Of a stretch of 64,000 bases of DNA, positions 25,330 to 35,632 are shown in pieces. The notes beneath the pieces were generated by a model that made no database searches, was not told the origin of the DNA, and saw only the letters and a list, made by a program, of their open reading frames with translations. Position 1 is the first letter of the stretch, and every line of letters starts with the position of its first letter. The position numbers and the translations under genes are program-made. The stretch is from an archaeon (lineage in GTDB: Archaea > Nanobdellota > Nanobdellia > Woesearchaeales > GW2011-AR9): contig NZCK01000024.1 in the NCBI GenBank assembly GCA_002688265.1, positions 8,731 to 72,730 of the forward strand. The letters are read 5' to 3'.

Positions 25330-28300
25330 ATGGAAATTGTAGCGTCGAAAACGATGCAGAAGTATTTTGCGACTTTACGTAAAGAAGTAGATTATTCTTA
25401 TAAAATAGCTCGCGCTGCCAGAAAAAAAGGAGTTGATCCACACGATGATGTAGAGATTATGCTAGCAAATTCAATGGCTGAGAGGGTAATTGGATTAATT
25501 TCTATTGTTTCCCCGAATGTAATTGATGTAGGTATTCCGAAAAGAATTGAAGAATTAGAGGAAGAGTATGGATTATTGGATTGGAGGGTAGGGTTTAGGA
25601 TTGCCGAAGAAGTTGCCAAACAAAAATTTTGTAAATTTCCAACAAAACTTGAGGCAATGGAAACAGGAATTAGAATGGGTTTTGCGTATTTAACTTTAGG
25701 AATAGTTGCGGCGCCACTTGAAGGATTTGTAGGATTAAAAACAAAAAAAAGAAAAGACGGGAAAGAATATTTTGCACTCCAATATGCCGGCCCAGTAAGA
25801 GGGGCAGGAGGAACAGCCTCTTCAGTTTCAGTAATTCTTTCAGATTATGTAAGGGTGAAGATGGGTTATGCTACATGGGACCCGACAGAACAAGAGATTA
25901 ATCGTTATGTAATTGAAGTTAATGATTATCATGAGAGGGTTACCAATTTACAATATAGGCCAAGTAATGAAGAGTTAAGATTTATGGTATCTCATTTACC
26001 AATAGAAGTTGATGGAGATCCAACAGAAAGAATTGAAGTTAGTAACTATAAAGATATTCCGCGGATTGAAACAAATCTTATTCGAGGAGGAATGTGTTTG
26101 GTGATTGCTGAGGGCCTTTGTCAGAAGGCTCCAAAATTGTGGAAAAGACTTTCAAAATGGGGGAAAGATTTTGATTTGGAATGGGAATTTATGAGTGATT
26201 TTTTGAAACTAAAAGAAGAGATTCATGCAAAACAGAGTGGAGAAGTAAAGAAAAAAATTAAAGGCGAAGGACCAGTTAAAGAAACACTAAAACCAAACGA
26301 TACTTTTGTATCTGATATTGTGGCCGGCCGCCCAGTAATTACTCACCCTATGGAAAAAGGAGGATTAAGATTACGTTATGGTAGGTGCAGAAATACAGGA
26401 TTTTCAGCAGCTGCGATGAACCCTGCTAGCTTACAAGTTTTAGAGAGGTATATTGCAGTTGGAACACAATTGAAAGTTGAGCGCCCAGGGAAAGCAACAT
26501 CAATTGTATTGTGTGACACAATAGATGGACCGATTGTCAAGCTCAAAGATGGGTCTGTTAAGTATTTAGCAACAGAAGCTGAAGCATTAACTGTAGTTAA
26601 AGAAGTTGAAGAAGTACTTTTTGTGGGAGACATCTTATTTAATTATGGAGATTTTAGTGAGAATGGACATAAATTAGTCCCTGTAGGTTATTGTCCAGAG
26701 TGGTGGGCACAAGAAGTCGTAAAATTAATTGAGTTAGAAGAAAAAAGCGAGGGAGGGTTAGATTATTCGAAAATTTGTAAGAAAATTAATATTAATGAAA
26801 AATCACTAAAAGAGGCAATTGAAAATCCCTTAAATAATTTTATTTCCTTATCAGATTCTTTTGCCCTTTATGACAAATATTCTGTGCCCTTGCATCCAAA
26901 ATATACCTATTTTTGGAAAGTGTTATTGATAGAGGACCTTAAGAGGTTAGTGAAATATTTTTCAAAAGGGAAAATAAAACGAAAGATAGTAGATGGGAAA
27001 AAAGTAGTAGAAAAGATAGTTTTACCATTATTTTCTTCCGATCAAGTTCACATAAAAGGAAAGAGAGAATTAGAATTAATGGGGCTTTCTCACATTGTTG
27101 TGGCAGGAGAAAATGTTGTGATTGGTAGTGATGAAGCAAGAGCGATAATACGAGTTTTTGGATTAAATTCTCAAGAAGAATTATCTAAATTAGAAATTGA
27201 TGCTTCTTTGACAGAAGGGTGTGAAAATGCACTCGATTATTTGAATAAATTAGGAAATATCTTGCAACGAGATAAATGCGGAACTTTCATCGGAGCCCGA
27301 ATGGGCCGACCAGAAAAAGCAAAAATGAGGTATATGAAAGGAAAACCCCATGGGCTATTCCCTGTTGGAGAAGAAGGAGGAAGGATGAAAAGTATCCAAG
27401 GGGCCCTTGAAAAAGGAGGAGTGATTAGAAGTCAATACAACAAAGAATGGTTAATGAAATTACAAAAAGAATATGGAGACGTTTTCGAAATGAAAGATAA
27501 TCGTGCAGATGATTATGCCTATGGGGAATTAAACATTAAAGAATATTTAAAAAAAATATTGAAAGAACAAAAAATGAGAGTATACCCTGATTTAATTAAA
27601 GGGGTAAAAGGGGTTTCTAACAAAGCAAAAATCCCCGAACACTTAGTAAAAGCAATTTATAGAGCAAAACACCAAATTGCTGTAAATAAAGATGGAACCA
27701 CAAGATATGATTGCAGTGAATTACCATTGACTCATTTCAAAGCAAAAGAGATAGGAACCTCTCTTGAAAAATTGCGTTCAATTGGCTATTTGGTAGATAA
27801 AGATGGAAACAATTTAGTTGATAGTAACCAAATATGTGAAATGAAACCTCAAGATATAGTACTTCCAGGATTTGATTCAATTGAAGAATCGTCCAGTAAA
27901 GTATTGCTCCGCGTTACAAAATTTATTGATGAAATTTTAGTTAATTTGTATGGAAAAAAAGCATTTTATAATTGCAAAAAAGAAGAGGATTTGGTTGGAC
28001 ACCTAGTGATTGGTTTAGCGCCACATATCTCTGCTGGAACGGTTGCTAGAATAATTGGGTTTTCTCAAACACAAAGTTTACTTGCTCACCCAATGTATCA
28101 CGCAGGTTTGCGCCGAGATTGCGATGGAGATGAAGCCGCAGTTATGATGTTAATGGATGGGCTTCTTAACTTTTCTAAAAAATATTTGCCTTCCTCCCGA
28201 GGTTCAACAATGGATTGTTCATTAGTTTTAACCCCTGTGTTAAAACCAGCAGAAGTTGATGACCAAGTTTTAGGGATGGATGTGTTATGGAATTATCCAT

Positions 28301-28893
28301 TAGAATTATATGAAGGCGCTTTAAAGATGAAGAAGCCCTGGGAGATAAAAGTTGGCGCTGAAGATAAGAAAATATTACAGTTAGATCATAGGTTGGGTGA
28401 AGAAAAGCAATATGAAGATTTTGGATATACACATACCGTTGAGAATTTCAATAAAGGGGTTCAATGTAGTGCATATAAAACACTCCCCTCAATGAAAGAA
28501 AAATTATTTGGTCAAATGGAGATTGCTTCGAAAGTAAGAGCAGTTGATATGGACAAAGTAGCATCTTTAGTAATTCGTAAACATTTTTTAGCAGACATTA
28601 AAGGAAATTTTCGTAAATTTAGTATGCAAGGATTTCGTTGCACAACCTGTAACACTAAATATCGCAGACCACCAATTAATAATAGGTGTTCTGGCTGTGC
28701 GAAAGGGAATATTATTTTTACTATCTCTCAGGGTTCTGTTGTTAAATATATGCAGATGTCTTTAGATTTATGTGATCAGTATAATTTTTCACCTTATTTG
28801 AAAGAGACGATACATATACTAAAAAATAATATTGATGTGGTGTTTGGTCGAGAGAAAGATAAGCAAGTTGGTTTGGGTGAGTTTATTGGGTAG
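25330..28893 (+). CDS. dp2: DNA polymerase D large subunit (DP2)
   Basis: 1187 aa. Typical DP2 blocks are present (GPVRGAGGTASS, GRPEKAKMR, HPMYHAGLRRDCDGDE) along with a C-terminal Zn cluster (CTTCNTKYRRPP...CSGC). Length gives no room for an intein. Confidence 0.95.
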   Translation: MEIVASKTMQKYFATLRKEVDYSYKIARAARKKGVDPHDDVEIMLANSMAERVIGLISIVSPNVIDVGIPKRIEELEEEYGLLDWRVGFRIAEEVAKQKFCKFPTKLEAMETGIRMGFAYLTLGIVAAPLEGFVGLKTKKRKDGKEYFALQYAGPVRGAGGTASSVSVILSDYVRVKMGYATWDPTEQEINRYVIEVNDYHERVTNLQYRPSNEELRFMVSHLPIEVDGDPTERIEVSNYKDIPRIETNLIRGGMCLVIAEGLCQKAPKLWKRLSKWGKDFDLEWEFMSDFLKLKEEIHAKQSGEVKKKIKGEGPVKETLKPNDTFVSDIVAGRPVITHPMEKGGLRLRYGRCRNTGFSAAAMNPASLQVLERYIAVGTQLKVERPGKATSIVLCDTIDGPIVKLKDGSVKYLATEAEALTVVKEVEEVLFVGDILFNYGDFSENGHKLVPVGYCPEWWAQEVVKLIELEEKSEGGLDYSKICKKININEKSLKEAIENPLNNFISLSDSFALYDKYSVPLHPKYTYFWKVLLIEDLKRLVKYFSKGKIKRKIVDGKKVVEKIVLPLFSSDQVHIKGKRELELMGLSHIVVAGENVVIGSDEARAIIRVFGLNSQEELSKLEIDASLTEGCENALDYLNKLGNILQRDKCGTFIGARMGRPEKAKMRYMKGKPHGLFPVGEEGGRMKSIQGALEKGGVIRSQYNKEWLMKLQKEYGDVFEMKDNRADDYAYGELNIKEYLKKILKEQKMRVYPDLIKGVKGVSNKAKIPEHLVKAIYRAKHQIAVNKDGTTRYDCSELPLTHFKAKEIGTSLEKLRSIGYLVDKDGNNLVDSNQICEMKPQDIVLPGFDSIEESSSKVLLRVTKFIDEILVNLYGKKAFYNCKKEEDLVGHLVIGLAPHISAGTVARIIGFSQTQSLLAHPMYHAGLRRDCDGDEAAVMMLMDGLLNFSKKYLPSSRGSTMDCSLVLTPVLKPAEVDDQVLGMDVLWNYPLELYEGALKMKKPWEIKVGAEDKKILQLDHRLGEEKQYEDFGYTHTVENFNKGVQCSAYKTLPSMKEKLFGQMEIASKVRAVDMDKVASLVIRKHFLADIKGNFRKFSMQGFRCTTCNTKYRRPPINNRCSGCAKGNIIFTISQGSVVKYMQMSLDLCDQYNFSPYLKETIHILKNNIDVVFGREKDKQVGLGEFIG

Positions 28894-28906
28894 AAATTTC
28901 TGATCA

Positions 28907-29341
28907 TTAACTATTTATAAAATACTTCTGAATATAATCTGGTGCCTGTGCGGTTGTAAGAATACCTTTTACTTTAGGAGTAATATCTCCAGTTCTAAGA
29001 ATTGCCGATAGACTACATTGAATTCTAATATAGTACCCTAACAATTCATGTCCTTTCCGTTTATTCAGAACAACCTCTGGGGAAAGCCAAGAAGGAACAA
29101 TTATTTTTCCGTATTCATATCTTCTTACTTTTTCTTCTATTTGATCTTGTTCACTTGAACTTACTATATCAAATGGTAAATTTGATTTACCTGAAAGAAA
29201 AGCTTCGATATCTTTAAGCTGATCAGCATAATTTCTTATTTCGCTTACATAAAAAGACCGATAATTCTCAGCCATTGTTTGAATCTTAGCAGTGACTGCC
29301 CTAAAATCTTTTTTAATGTGAAAAATATCTTCTCCTTGCAT
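28907..29341 (-). CDS. hypothetical protein
   Basis: 144-aa ORF. No motif recognised. Confidence 0.35.
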   Translation of the reverse strand: MQGEDIFHIKKDFRAVTAKIQTMAENYRSFYVSEIRNYADQLKDIEAFLSGKSNLPFDIVSSSEQDQIEEKVRRYEYGKIIVPSWLSPEVVLNKRKGHELLGYYIRIQCSLSAILRTGDITPKVKGILTTAQAPDYIQKYFINS

Positions 29342-29343
29342 AA

Positions 29344-30090
29344 TTATCTACCTTTAGTCTTTTTGAGAATTTATTTTCAAAATTAGGATTAACGAAAGGA
29401 GAAATTAGTGTTTATGTTTCTTTATTACAGTTAGGGTCCTCTACAGTTGGGCCAATAATTGATAGAGCAAAAATTTCTAGTTCTAAAGTTTATGTTATAT
29501 TAGAAAAATTGATTGATAAAGGATTAGTAAGTTATATCCTAAAGGAGAGAACTAAATATTTTCAAGCCGCACCACCAGTTGTATTAAAGGAACTTCTGGA
29601 AACAAAAACCAAAGAAATCGAGAAAATCAAGAAAGATTTGGATGAGAACATTTCCAAGATTGAAGAGATACAAAAACAAAAATTGCCCAGTGAAGGAGCC
29701 AGAATTTATCGGGGATATAAGGCACTTAAGGCTGCATGGCATGAAGCCGTTTTATCAATTGAGGATAAAGGGGAGTACCTATTTTTTTCTGTAGGATATG
29801 GAGATGACGCTTATTTGAAACGTTTCTTTGAAAAGTTAGCAAGAGAGTTGAAAAAGAAGAAGATATCTATTAAAGGAATTGCACACAACTCTGAGAAAAA
29901 GTTGTATCAAAAATATTATCAGAAATTTGGTTACAAGATGAAGTACACAGAGATTAAATTTCCAGCTGATACAACAGTTGCCGGAGACTTCGTATTAGTA
30001 TTTGTTTGGGATAAAAAGGAACCAGTAGTTTATTCTTTGAAAAGTCATGTATTGGCAGAGTCTTATAGAACTTTTTTCAGAAGTCTTTGA
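29344..30090 (+). CDS. TrmB-family transcriptional regulator (start codon unresolved)
   Basis: The track ORF starts at TTG 29509. The same frame is open from 29344 and encodes the expected N-terminal wHTH (LGLTKGEISVYVSLLQLGSSTVGPIIDRAKISSSKVYVILEKLIDKGLV). There is no ATG, GTG or TTG in that stretch. Confidence 0.6.
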   Translation, partial: LSTFSLFENLFSKLGLTKGEISVYVSLLQLGSSTVGPIIDRAKISSSKVYVILEKLIDKGLVSYILKERTKYFQAAPPVVLKELLETKTKEIEKIKKDLDENISKIEEIQKQKLPSEGARIYRGYKALKAAWHEAVLSIEDKGEYLFFSVGYGDDAYLKRFFEKLARELKKKKISIKGIAHNSEKKLYQKYYQKFGYKMKYTEIKFPADTTVAGDFVLVFVWDKKEPVVYSLKSHVLAESYRTFFRSL

Positions 30091-30152
30091 TTAATGATTG
30101 TTGCGCTGGATAACTAAAACTAAGAAAATTAAAGAGAAATCTACAATAAAGT

Positions 30153-30449
30153 CTATAACTCTTGCTCGCCGCTTAAAGTAAGAATACGTTTTGCTTCATC
30201 AATTTCTATTTGCAAAGTTAGGATATTATTTATTACAAGATCGTTACCCATTAAATATAAACTAACATTTCTCAAGTCTCGAAGACGAACTTTAATCATA
30301 TCTTCAAACTCTAATGTTTTAAAAGGAACTTTAGCTTTCAAATGAGGATTGTTTTCATCAAATAAACCAATCATTGCAGTCCAAAGACCATCTTTATCTT
30401 TTCCTGGTTTTCTACTTACAACAATACTTTTGCAGCTAATTTCTATCAT
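30153..30449 (-). CDS. hypothetical protein
   Basis: 98-aa ORF, tightly packed with the two membrane-protein genes upstream. Confidence 0.3.
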   Translation of the reverse strand: MIEISCKSIVVSRKPGKDKDGLWTAMIGLFDENNPHLKAKVPFKTLEFEDMIKVRLRDLRNVSLYLMGNDLVINNILTLQIEIDEAKRILTLSGEQEL

Positions 30450-30451
30450 AG

Positions 30452-30805
30452 TTACTTTAAGAAGGGCTTACTTTTAAAAGTTTGTATGATTTTCTTATCA
30501 TGCAGATAATAGGATAAAAAGAAACTTCCAAGTATTAAAATTGTTATCAAAAATCTATTAGCAAAGAAAGAGCCTGCAATAAAACCAACAATTAAAGCAA
30601 TCACCACCATAGCATAAGGAGTTAGTGGTTGAATATTTCTCATAAAGAAAATAATTCTAGCAGCCAAAGCGCCAATACAAATAGCGGTGACTATTGACAC
30701 CGTAGCACTTTGTGTTGCGATGGAAAGAGCAAAGCCTAAAACTAAAAGAATAGCAACAGAATACTCTGGCCACATTTCAAGTAAGTTTATCGAACTTTTT
30801 CCCAT
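30452..30805 (-). CDS. small integral membrane protein
   Basis: 117 aa with 3-4 hydrophobic helices. Confidence 0.4.
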   Translation of the reverse strand: MGKSSINLLEMWPEYSVAILLVLGFALSIATQSATVSIVTAICIGALAARIIFFMRNIQPLTPYAMVVIALIVGFIAGSFFANRFLITILILGSFFLSYYLHDKKIIQTFKSKPFLK

Positions 30806-30814
30806 TTTTAAAAC

Positions 30815-31543
30815 CTAAGCAGTCCATAATAGATTTATAATTTTATTGATAATTCCAATTGAAATAGCTAGCACCAACCCGATCTTGGTTGAAGATAATA
30901 ACAAAATACTGTAAAGGAAGATCGCTCCAATACCTACAAAAAATAAAAATTTGCTCCCAAAAAGTAAAGTCATTCCATCTAATTTAGGGATAGGAATAAT
31001 TGTGCACACAGCAAAAACTAAATTGAAAATTATTCCAGTTTCAAAAAAATAATTCCCTGGAAACATAAAAGAGCCTAATGCAAAAATAGTTGCAAGAGTA
31101 AGATTAGTAACAACCCCATCAAGAACTAATTTGGCGTTGTCTTCAAAAGAGTAACCATATCGAAATTCTCCTAATCTTTGCCTCACCATAAAACTAGTTG
31201 TGATAACCCCCAAAAATAACAAAGGCAAATAACCTCGGCTAAAGATCCCAATTAATAACGATGCGATTAAAGCAGCCCAAACAAGATGGAATTCAGCATA
31301 ATATCCATGTTTTAAGGCCTGAATTTTCTGGGAAGAAATTCTGGCCACAATACTTATTGCAGCAACAACTAGAGTTAAAATAAAATAGAAAAACCAAGAT
31401 TGAAAAGTGAAAACGTCTCCAGGAAACCTCAATGAAAAGAGAAAACTTGCTAATAAAATAGCTATACCTAAAGAAATTATTTCTTCTTTGGAAAAGCGAA
31501 AAAAACTTTGGATTCTAGCAGCCCACTCTTCATTCATAATCAT
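30815..31543 (-). CDS. M50 (site-2 protease)-like membrane protein lacking HExxH
   Basis: 242 aa, polytopic. FNLVFAVCTIIPIPKLDGMTLLF resembles the M50 N-x2-P-x4-LDG motif. No HExxH occurs anywhere in the protein. Confidence 0.4.
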   Translation of the reverse strand: MIMNEEWAARIQSFFRFSKEEIISLGIAILLASFLFSLRFPGDVFTFQSWFFYFILTLVVAAISIVARISSQKIQALKHGYYAEFHLVWAALIASLLIGIFSRGYLPLLFLGVITTSFMVRQRLGEFRYGYSFEDNAKLVLDGVVTNLTLATIFALGSFMFPGNYFFETGIIFNLVFAVCTIIPIPKLDGMTLLFGSKFLFFVGIGAIFLYSILLLSSTKIGLVLAISIGIINKIINLLWTA

Positions 31544-31602
31544 AAAAAATAATAGGTTAAAGCAAGTTATTAAAGCTTACTGTGAAGAAAGCAAATATTC
31601 AA

Positions 31603-32736
31603 TCAATCCCGCTTTTCAAAATAATATAAAGAAATATTCCCACTACCTCTTGGAATCAATTTATGCCAAAGAAGAAAAAACTTAGAATCTCCCTCCATTT
31701 CAAAACCAGCTCGAACAACAAACAAGACTTTTCCCTCAGGCTTAAGCATTAATGTCACCTGACGCAGAACTTCATTGATCCTTCTTTCATCCTTATTAGT
31801 CATCTGAACAATGACAATATCTATAGAAGCCTCCTCTAACTTTGAACTAATTTGATCCATTGGAGTGGAAAGAAATGTCAGATTATCTGAAATCCCGGCC
31901 AACTTAGCATTATTAGAGGAAGCACGAATATTTGAAGAAGAATCATCAATTAAGATAATCTGCTTACTTCGTTCTTTTTCTAATTTAGATTCAATGTTAG
32001 TTTTTGTTTCTTTAGATAGTTTTGCTTGAAGAATTTTTGATAAGTCTCTAATTGGTAAATCAAAAATCTTACAAGCAGCTTCAATTGCAATTGCACCATC
32101 ACGAGAAAATAAAGAAACAATTTTTTTTTGAGAAGAAGAAATATTGGCACTTTGACAAATAGATGCTGCAAAATCTCCTCTAAAAGAAGCTTTATGAGTA
32201 TAAACTCGCCAATCTCTTTTATCTAAATTAGATAGATGTAACTTAATTCCTAAAGTAAATGTTTTTGTTTTGGGCTCTTGACTCAATGAAAAAATAAATT
32301 CAGGATTTTTATAATTAACAATAGATTTTATTCCTTCTTTCTCTAATTTTTGAGCAATAATTTTCTGAACAGTAGCACCAAGGTTAATTCTAGTTTCATT
32401 TCCAGAAATCCTTTCACACAAAACCCTAAATTTCAATTCTGGTGGTTTTTTTGGAAAATAAGAGAGCAATCTTTTGAACATATCTTCAGTAAAAATTAAT
32501 TTAGAAATTTTTTCTTCAGTTCCTTGCCACAAAATTTCAGAAAGAGAATAAGCAGTACTAATTTTTTGAAAAATAGTTTTTAGTTGAATGGTTGTCGCAA
32601 GTTGAAATTCCACACTTTCAGAAGATTTAAGAAAGGTTTTAATAGAGAATTGTTCTAATTCTTTGACACAATAATGTGATAGGCCAGGTTTGCATAGCGC
32701 AATATAAGAAGAACTAATTTTCATTGTCATTGTCAT
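31603..32736 (-). CDS. THUMP-domain protein with degenerate class I methyltransferase-like domain
   Basis: 377 aa. Layout matches THUMP methyltransferases of the Trm14/RlmL (UPF0020) type: RGDFAASI, ...[35 protein letters not shown]. The expected motifs are replaced by other residues, D-P-x-C-G-S-G-T by SLFSRDGA and NPPYG by VQMTNKD. Confidence 0.55.
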   Translation of the reverse strand: MTMTMKISSSYIALCKPGLSHYCVKELEQFSIKTFLKSSESVEFQLATTIQLKTIFQKISTAYSLSEILWQGTEEKISKLIFTEDMFKRLLSYFPKKPPELKFRVLCERISGNETRINLGATVQKIIAQKLEKEGIKSIVNYKNPEFIFSLSQEPKTKTFTLGIKLHLSNLDKRDWRVYTHKASFRGDFAASICQSANISSSQKKIVSLFSRDGAIAIEAACKIFDLPIRDLSKILQAKLSKETKTNIESKLEKERSKQIILIDDSSSNIRASSNNAKLAGISDNLTFLSTPMDQISSKLEEASIDIVIVQMTNKDERRINEVLRQVTLMLKPEGKVLFVVRAGFEMEGDSKFFLLWHKLIPRGSGNISLYYFEKRD

Positions 32737-35416
32737 CAGAAAGATCGTCTTCAGTAATAATTGGGTTATCTGTAATTTCTTCTGAAGTTGGTTCAGGGTT
32801 GGTTATTGGTTCAATAACTGAAGGTTCAGTAGTTTCTTTTAATTCCATTGATTCTAAGGCTTCTGGATTTTCAGATTCTTGCTCATTCCCCTCAATTAAA
32901 TTTTCACCACAGACATCATTGGTTTCAATATCCTCTGCTCGAATAATTGCAACCGCTGCCACCACATCATCTTCTCGTTTGAAACGCATAACTCTGACAC
33001 CTTGGGTAGATCTTCCAATAGTTGGAACAGAATTTACACTAATACGGATCCCAATTCCTTCTTTGCTCATTAACATTAGTTGTTCATCACCACAAACTAA
33101 TTTGGCTTCTACAACTGGCCCATTCTTCTCAGTAACTTTAACATTAATTACTCCCTTGCCCCCTCTGTTACAAAGACGGTAATCAGAAACAACACTTCTT
33201 TTACCATAACCTTTTTTAGTTATTGTGAGAACTTCTGAATCTTCTTTTGCAATTAAAACAGATACTACCTTGTCAGTTTCTTTCAACCTAATCCCACGGA
33301 CACCTCTGGCTGTTCGACCCATCGGCCTAACATTAACTTCACTAAACCTATTTGCAAGGCCACTTTTAGTTACAAGGACAATATTATCTCCACCAGAACT
33401 ACACTTCACCCCAATCAAAGAATCATTTTCCAACAATTCAATTGCACGGATTCCCCCTCTACGCGGTTTTGAAAATGCAGAAAGTTCAGTCTTTTTGATA
33501 GTTCCTTTTGCGGTTGCCATCACAACATAACCTTGGACATCACCTTCTTCTAAGGAAGCAACAGGAATTAGTGCACGAATTGTTTCTCCTTCATCAAATT
33601 CAACTAAGTTTGAAACATGTTTGCCACGAGATTGACGAGAACCTTCTGGAACATGATAAGCTTTGATCCAATGAACCTTTCCTTTGCTAGTGAAAAGTAA
33701 TAACCATACATGTGTTGAGCAAACAAACACGTCTTCTACAAAATCACCGTCTTTCATACTGGTCGCAACAACACCCTTTCCTCCCCTACCTTGTGTTCTA
33801 TATGAATCTAGAGAAATTCGTTTAAGATAATCTCCTTGAGTTTTAGTTAAGACAATAGTGTCTTCTTCAATTAAATCTTCAATATCAAGAGTATCATCCT
33901 CGTTGAAAATAATTTTACTACGTCTTGGGCTCCCATATCTATCGGAGACTTCAGAAACTTCATCTTTAATGATTCCATAAATTTTTTCTTCAGAAGCAAG
34001 AATTCCACGCAAAGTTTCTACAAGTGCAGTAAGCGTAGCATGTTCAGTTGCAATTTTTTCACGTTCTAAACTAGCTAATTTTTGTAAACGTAAATCAAGA
34101 ATTGCTTTAGCTTGAATAACAGAAAGAGAGAAATGGCCTTGCAAATAATTTTTTGCATCTTCAACAGTTCGACTATTTCTAATGGCAGGAATTATTTGAT
34201 CTAAATTCTTCAGTGCAATAAGCAAACCATCTAAAATATGTAATCGTTTTTCAGCTTCATCTAATTCATATTGTGTTCTACGAGTAACAATTTCTTTTCT
34301 ATGTTTGATATATTCTGTTAAGAAAGTTTTTAACGAGAGTAATTTTGGTTGGCTGTCAACAAGAGCCAACATATTCAAATTAAATGAAATTTTTAAATTG
34401 GAAAATTGATACAATTGGTTTAAAATAATATTAGAGTCAATGTCACGTTTCAAATCAATAACTACTCGGATACCATCACGATCAGATTCATCATTGATAT
34501 CTTTTATACCAAGGATTTTTTTGTCTTTAACTAGATCTGCAATCTGTTTAATCAGAGTTGCTTTATTTACTTGATAAGGTAATTCAGAGATAATTATTTT
34601 TCGTTTTTCTTCGTCAATTGTGGCTACTGATTTGATAATAACTCTTCCTTTTCCTCTAGAGTAAGCACCTATTAATGATCCACCCACATAAACATCAGCA
34701 CCAGTTGGAAAATCAGGGCCAGGAACAATTTTTATTAGTTCATCTAACTCAATTTCAGGGTTGTTAATAATTGCAATAATTGCAGTACAAAGCTCAGTTA
34801 AATTGTGTGGAGGAATATTGGTTGCCATTCCAACAGCGATCCCACTACTACCATTCATTAACAGATTAGGAATTTTGCTTGGAAGGACAGCAGGTTCTTT
34901 TAGAGAATCATCAAAATTGTTTTTCCAATCAACAGTGTTTTTATCTAAATCTTTGAGCATATCTTCAGCAAGCCGACTTAATTTTGCTTCAGTATAACGC
35001 ATAGCTGCAGCATTGTCCCCGTCTACACTCCCAAAATTCCCTTGGCCTTTAATCAAAGGATACCTGAGAGAGAATTCTTGGGCCATTCGTACTAAAGCAT
35101 CATAAACAGCAGTATCTCCATGAGGATGATATTTACCTAAAACTTCACCTACTATTCTGGCACATTTCTTTGAAGGTTTATTGTGATACATACCTAAATC
35201 TTGCATAGCATAAAGAATTCTTCTATGGACTGGTTTGAGCCCATCTCGGACATCAGGCAAAGCTCTTCCAATAATTACAGCCATGGCATAACTAAGATAA
35301 GCTTTTTTCATTTCTTCTTGAATTAAATTAGGAATTATTTTGTCTGAAGCAGAGTCTTCTATTGCAGAATCTTCGATCAGTTCTGGCGTAAGTGAGTGAG
35401 AATTTTGTTCTTCCAT
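32714..35416 (-). CDS. gyrA: DNA gyrase subunit A
   Basis: 900 aa. Motifs include [31 protein letters not shown] and AAMRYTEA (active-site Tyr). The C-terminal beta-pinwheel repeats are followed by an acidic tail ([12 protein letters not shown]). Confidence 0.95.
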   Translation of the reverse strand: MEEQNSHSLTPELIEDSAIEDSASDKIIPNLIQEEMKKAYLSYAMAVIIGRALPDVRDGLKPVHRRILYAMQDLGMYHNKPSKKCARIVGEVLGKYHPHGDTAVYDALVRMAQEFSLRYPLIKGQGNFGSVDGDNAAAMRYTEAKLSRLAEDMLKDLDKNTVDWKNNFDDSLKEPAVLPSKIPNLLMNGSSGIAVGMATNIPPHNLTELCTAIIAIINNPEIELDELIKIVPGPDFPTGADVYVGGSLIGAYSRGKGRVIIKSVATIDEEKRKIIISELPYQVNKATLIKQIADLVKDKKILGIKDINDESDRDGIRVVIDLKRDIDSNIILNQLYQFSNLKISFNLNMLALVDSQPKLLSLKTFLTEYIKHRKEIVTRRTQYELDEAEKRLHILDGLLIALKNLDQIIPAIRNSRTVEDAKNYLQGHFSLSVIQAKAILDLRLQKLASLEREKIATEHATLTALVETLRGILASEEKIYGIIKDEVSEVSDRYGSPRRSKIIFNEDDTLDIEDLIEEDTIVLTKTQGDYLKRISLDSYRTQGRGGKGVVATSMKDGDFVEDVFVCSTHVWLLLFTSKGKVHWIKAYHVPEGSRQSRGKHVSNLVEFDEGETIRALIPVASLEEGDVQGYVVMATAKGTIKKTELSAFSKPRRGGIRAIELLENDSLIGVKCSSGGDNIVLVTKSGLANRFSEVNVRPMGRTARGVRGIRLKETDKVVSVLIAKEDSEVLTITKKGYGKRSVVSDYRLCNRGGKGVINVKVTEKNGPVVEAKLVCGDEQLMLMSKEGIGIRISVNSVPTIGRSTQGVRVMRFKREDDVVAAVAIIRAEDIETNDVCGENLIEGNEQESENPEALESMELKETTEPSVIEPITNPEPTSEEITDNPIITEDDLSDDNDNEN

Positions 35417-35632
35417 TGTAATTTTTTTGCTATTTTACTCTCTAAAATTAAGCTGTTTTATATAAGAAAACAGACTGAAATTTCTTTATAAAGCTTGTGG
35501 TGTAAGAGAGCTTTTTGAAGAAATTTCTTAAAAGAAAAGGAGAGTTTAGTATGAGAAATATCTCTTTGGCCACAAGATTTAAAAGCGACACAAATCATCT
35601 ATTTTTAAAGAATCAACGTTGCGAGGAAAGGA

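Noticed and set aside
25330-28893. Inteins in PolD large subunit or MCM.
   Set aside because: The lengths (1187 and 691 aa) and uninterrupted conserved blocks leave no room for an intein insertion.
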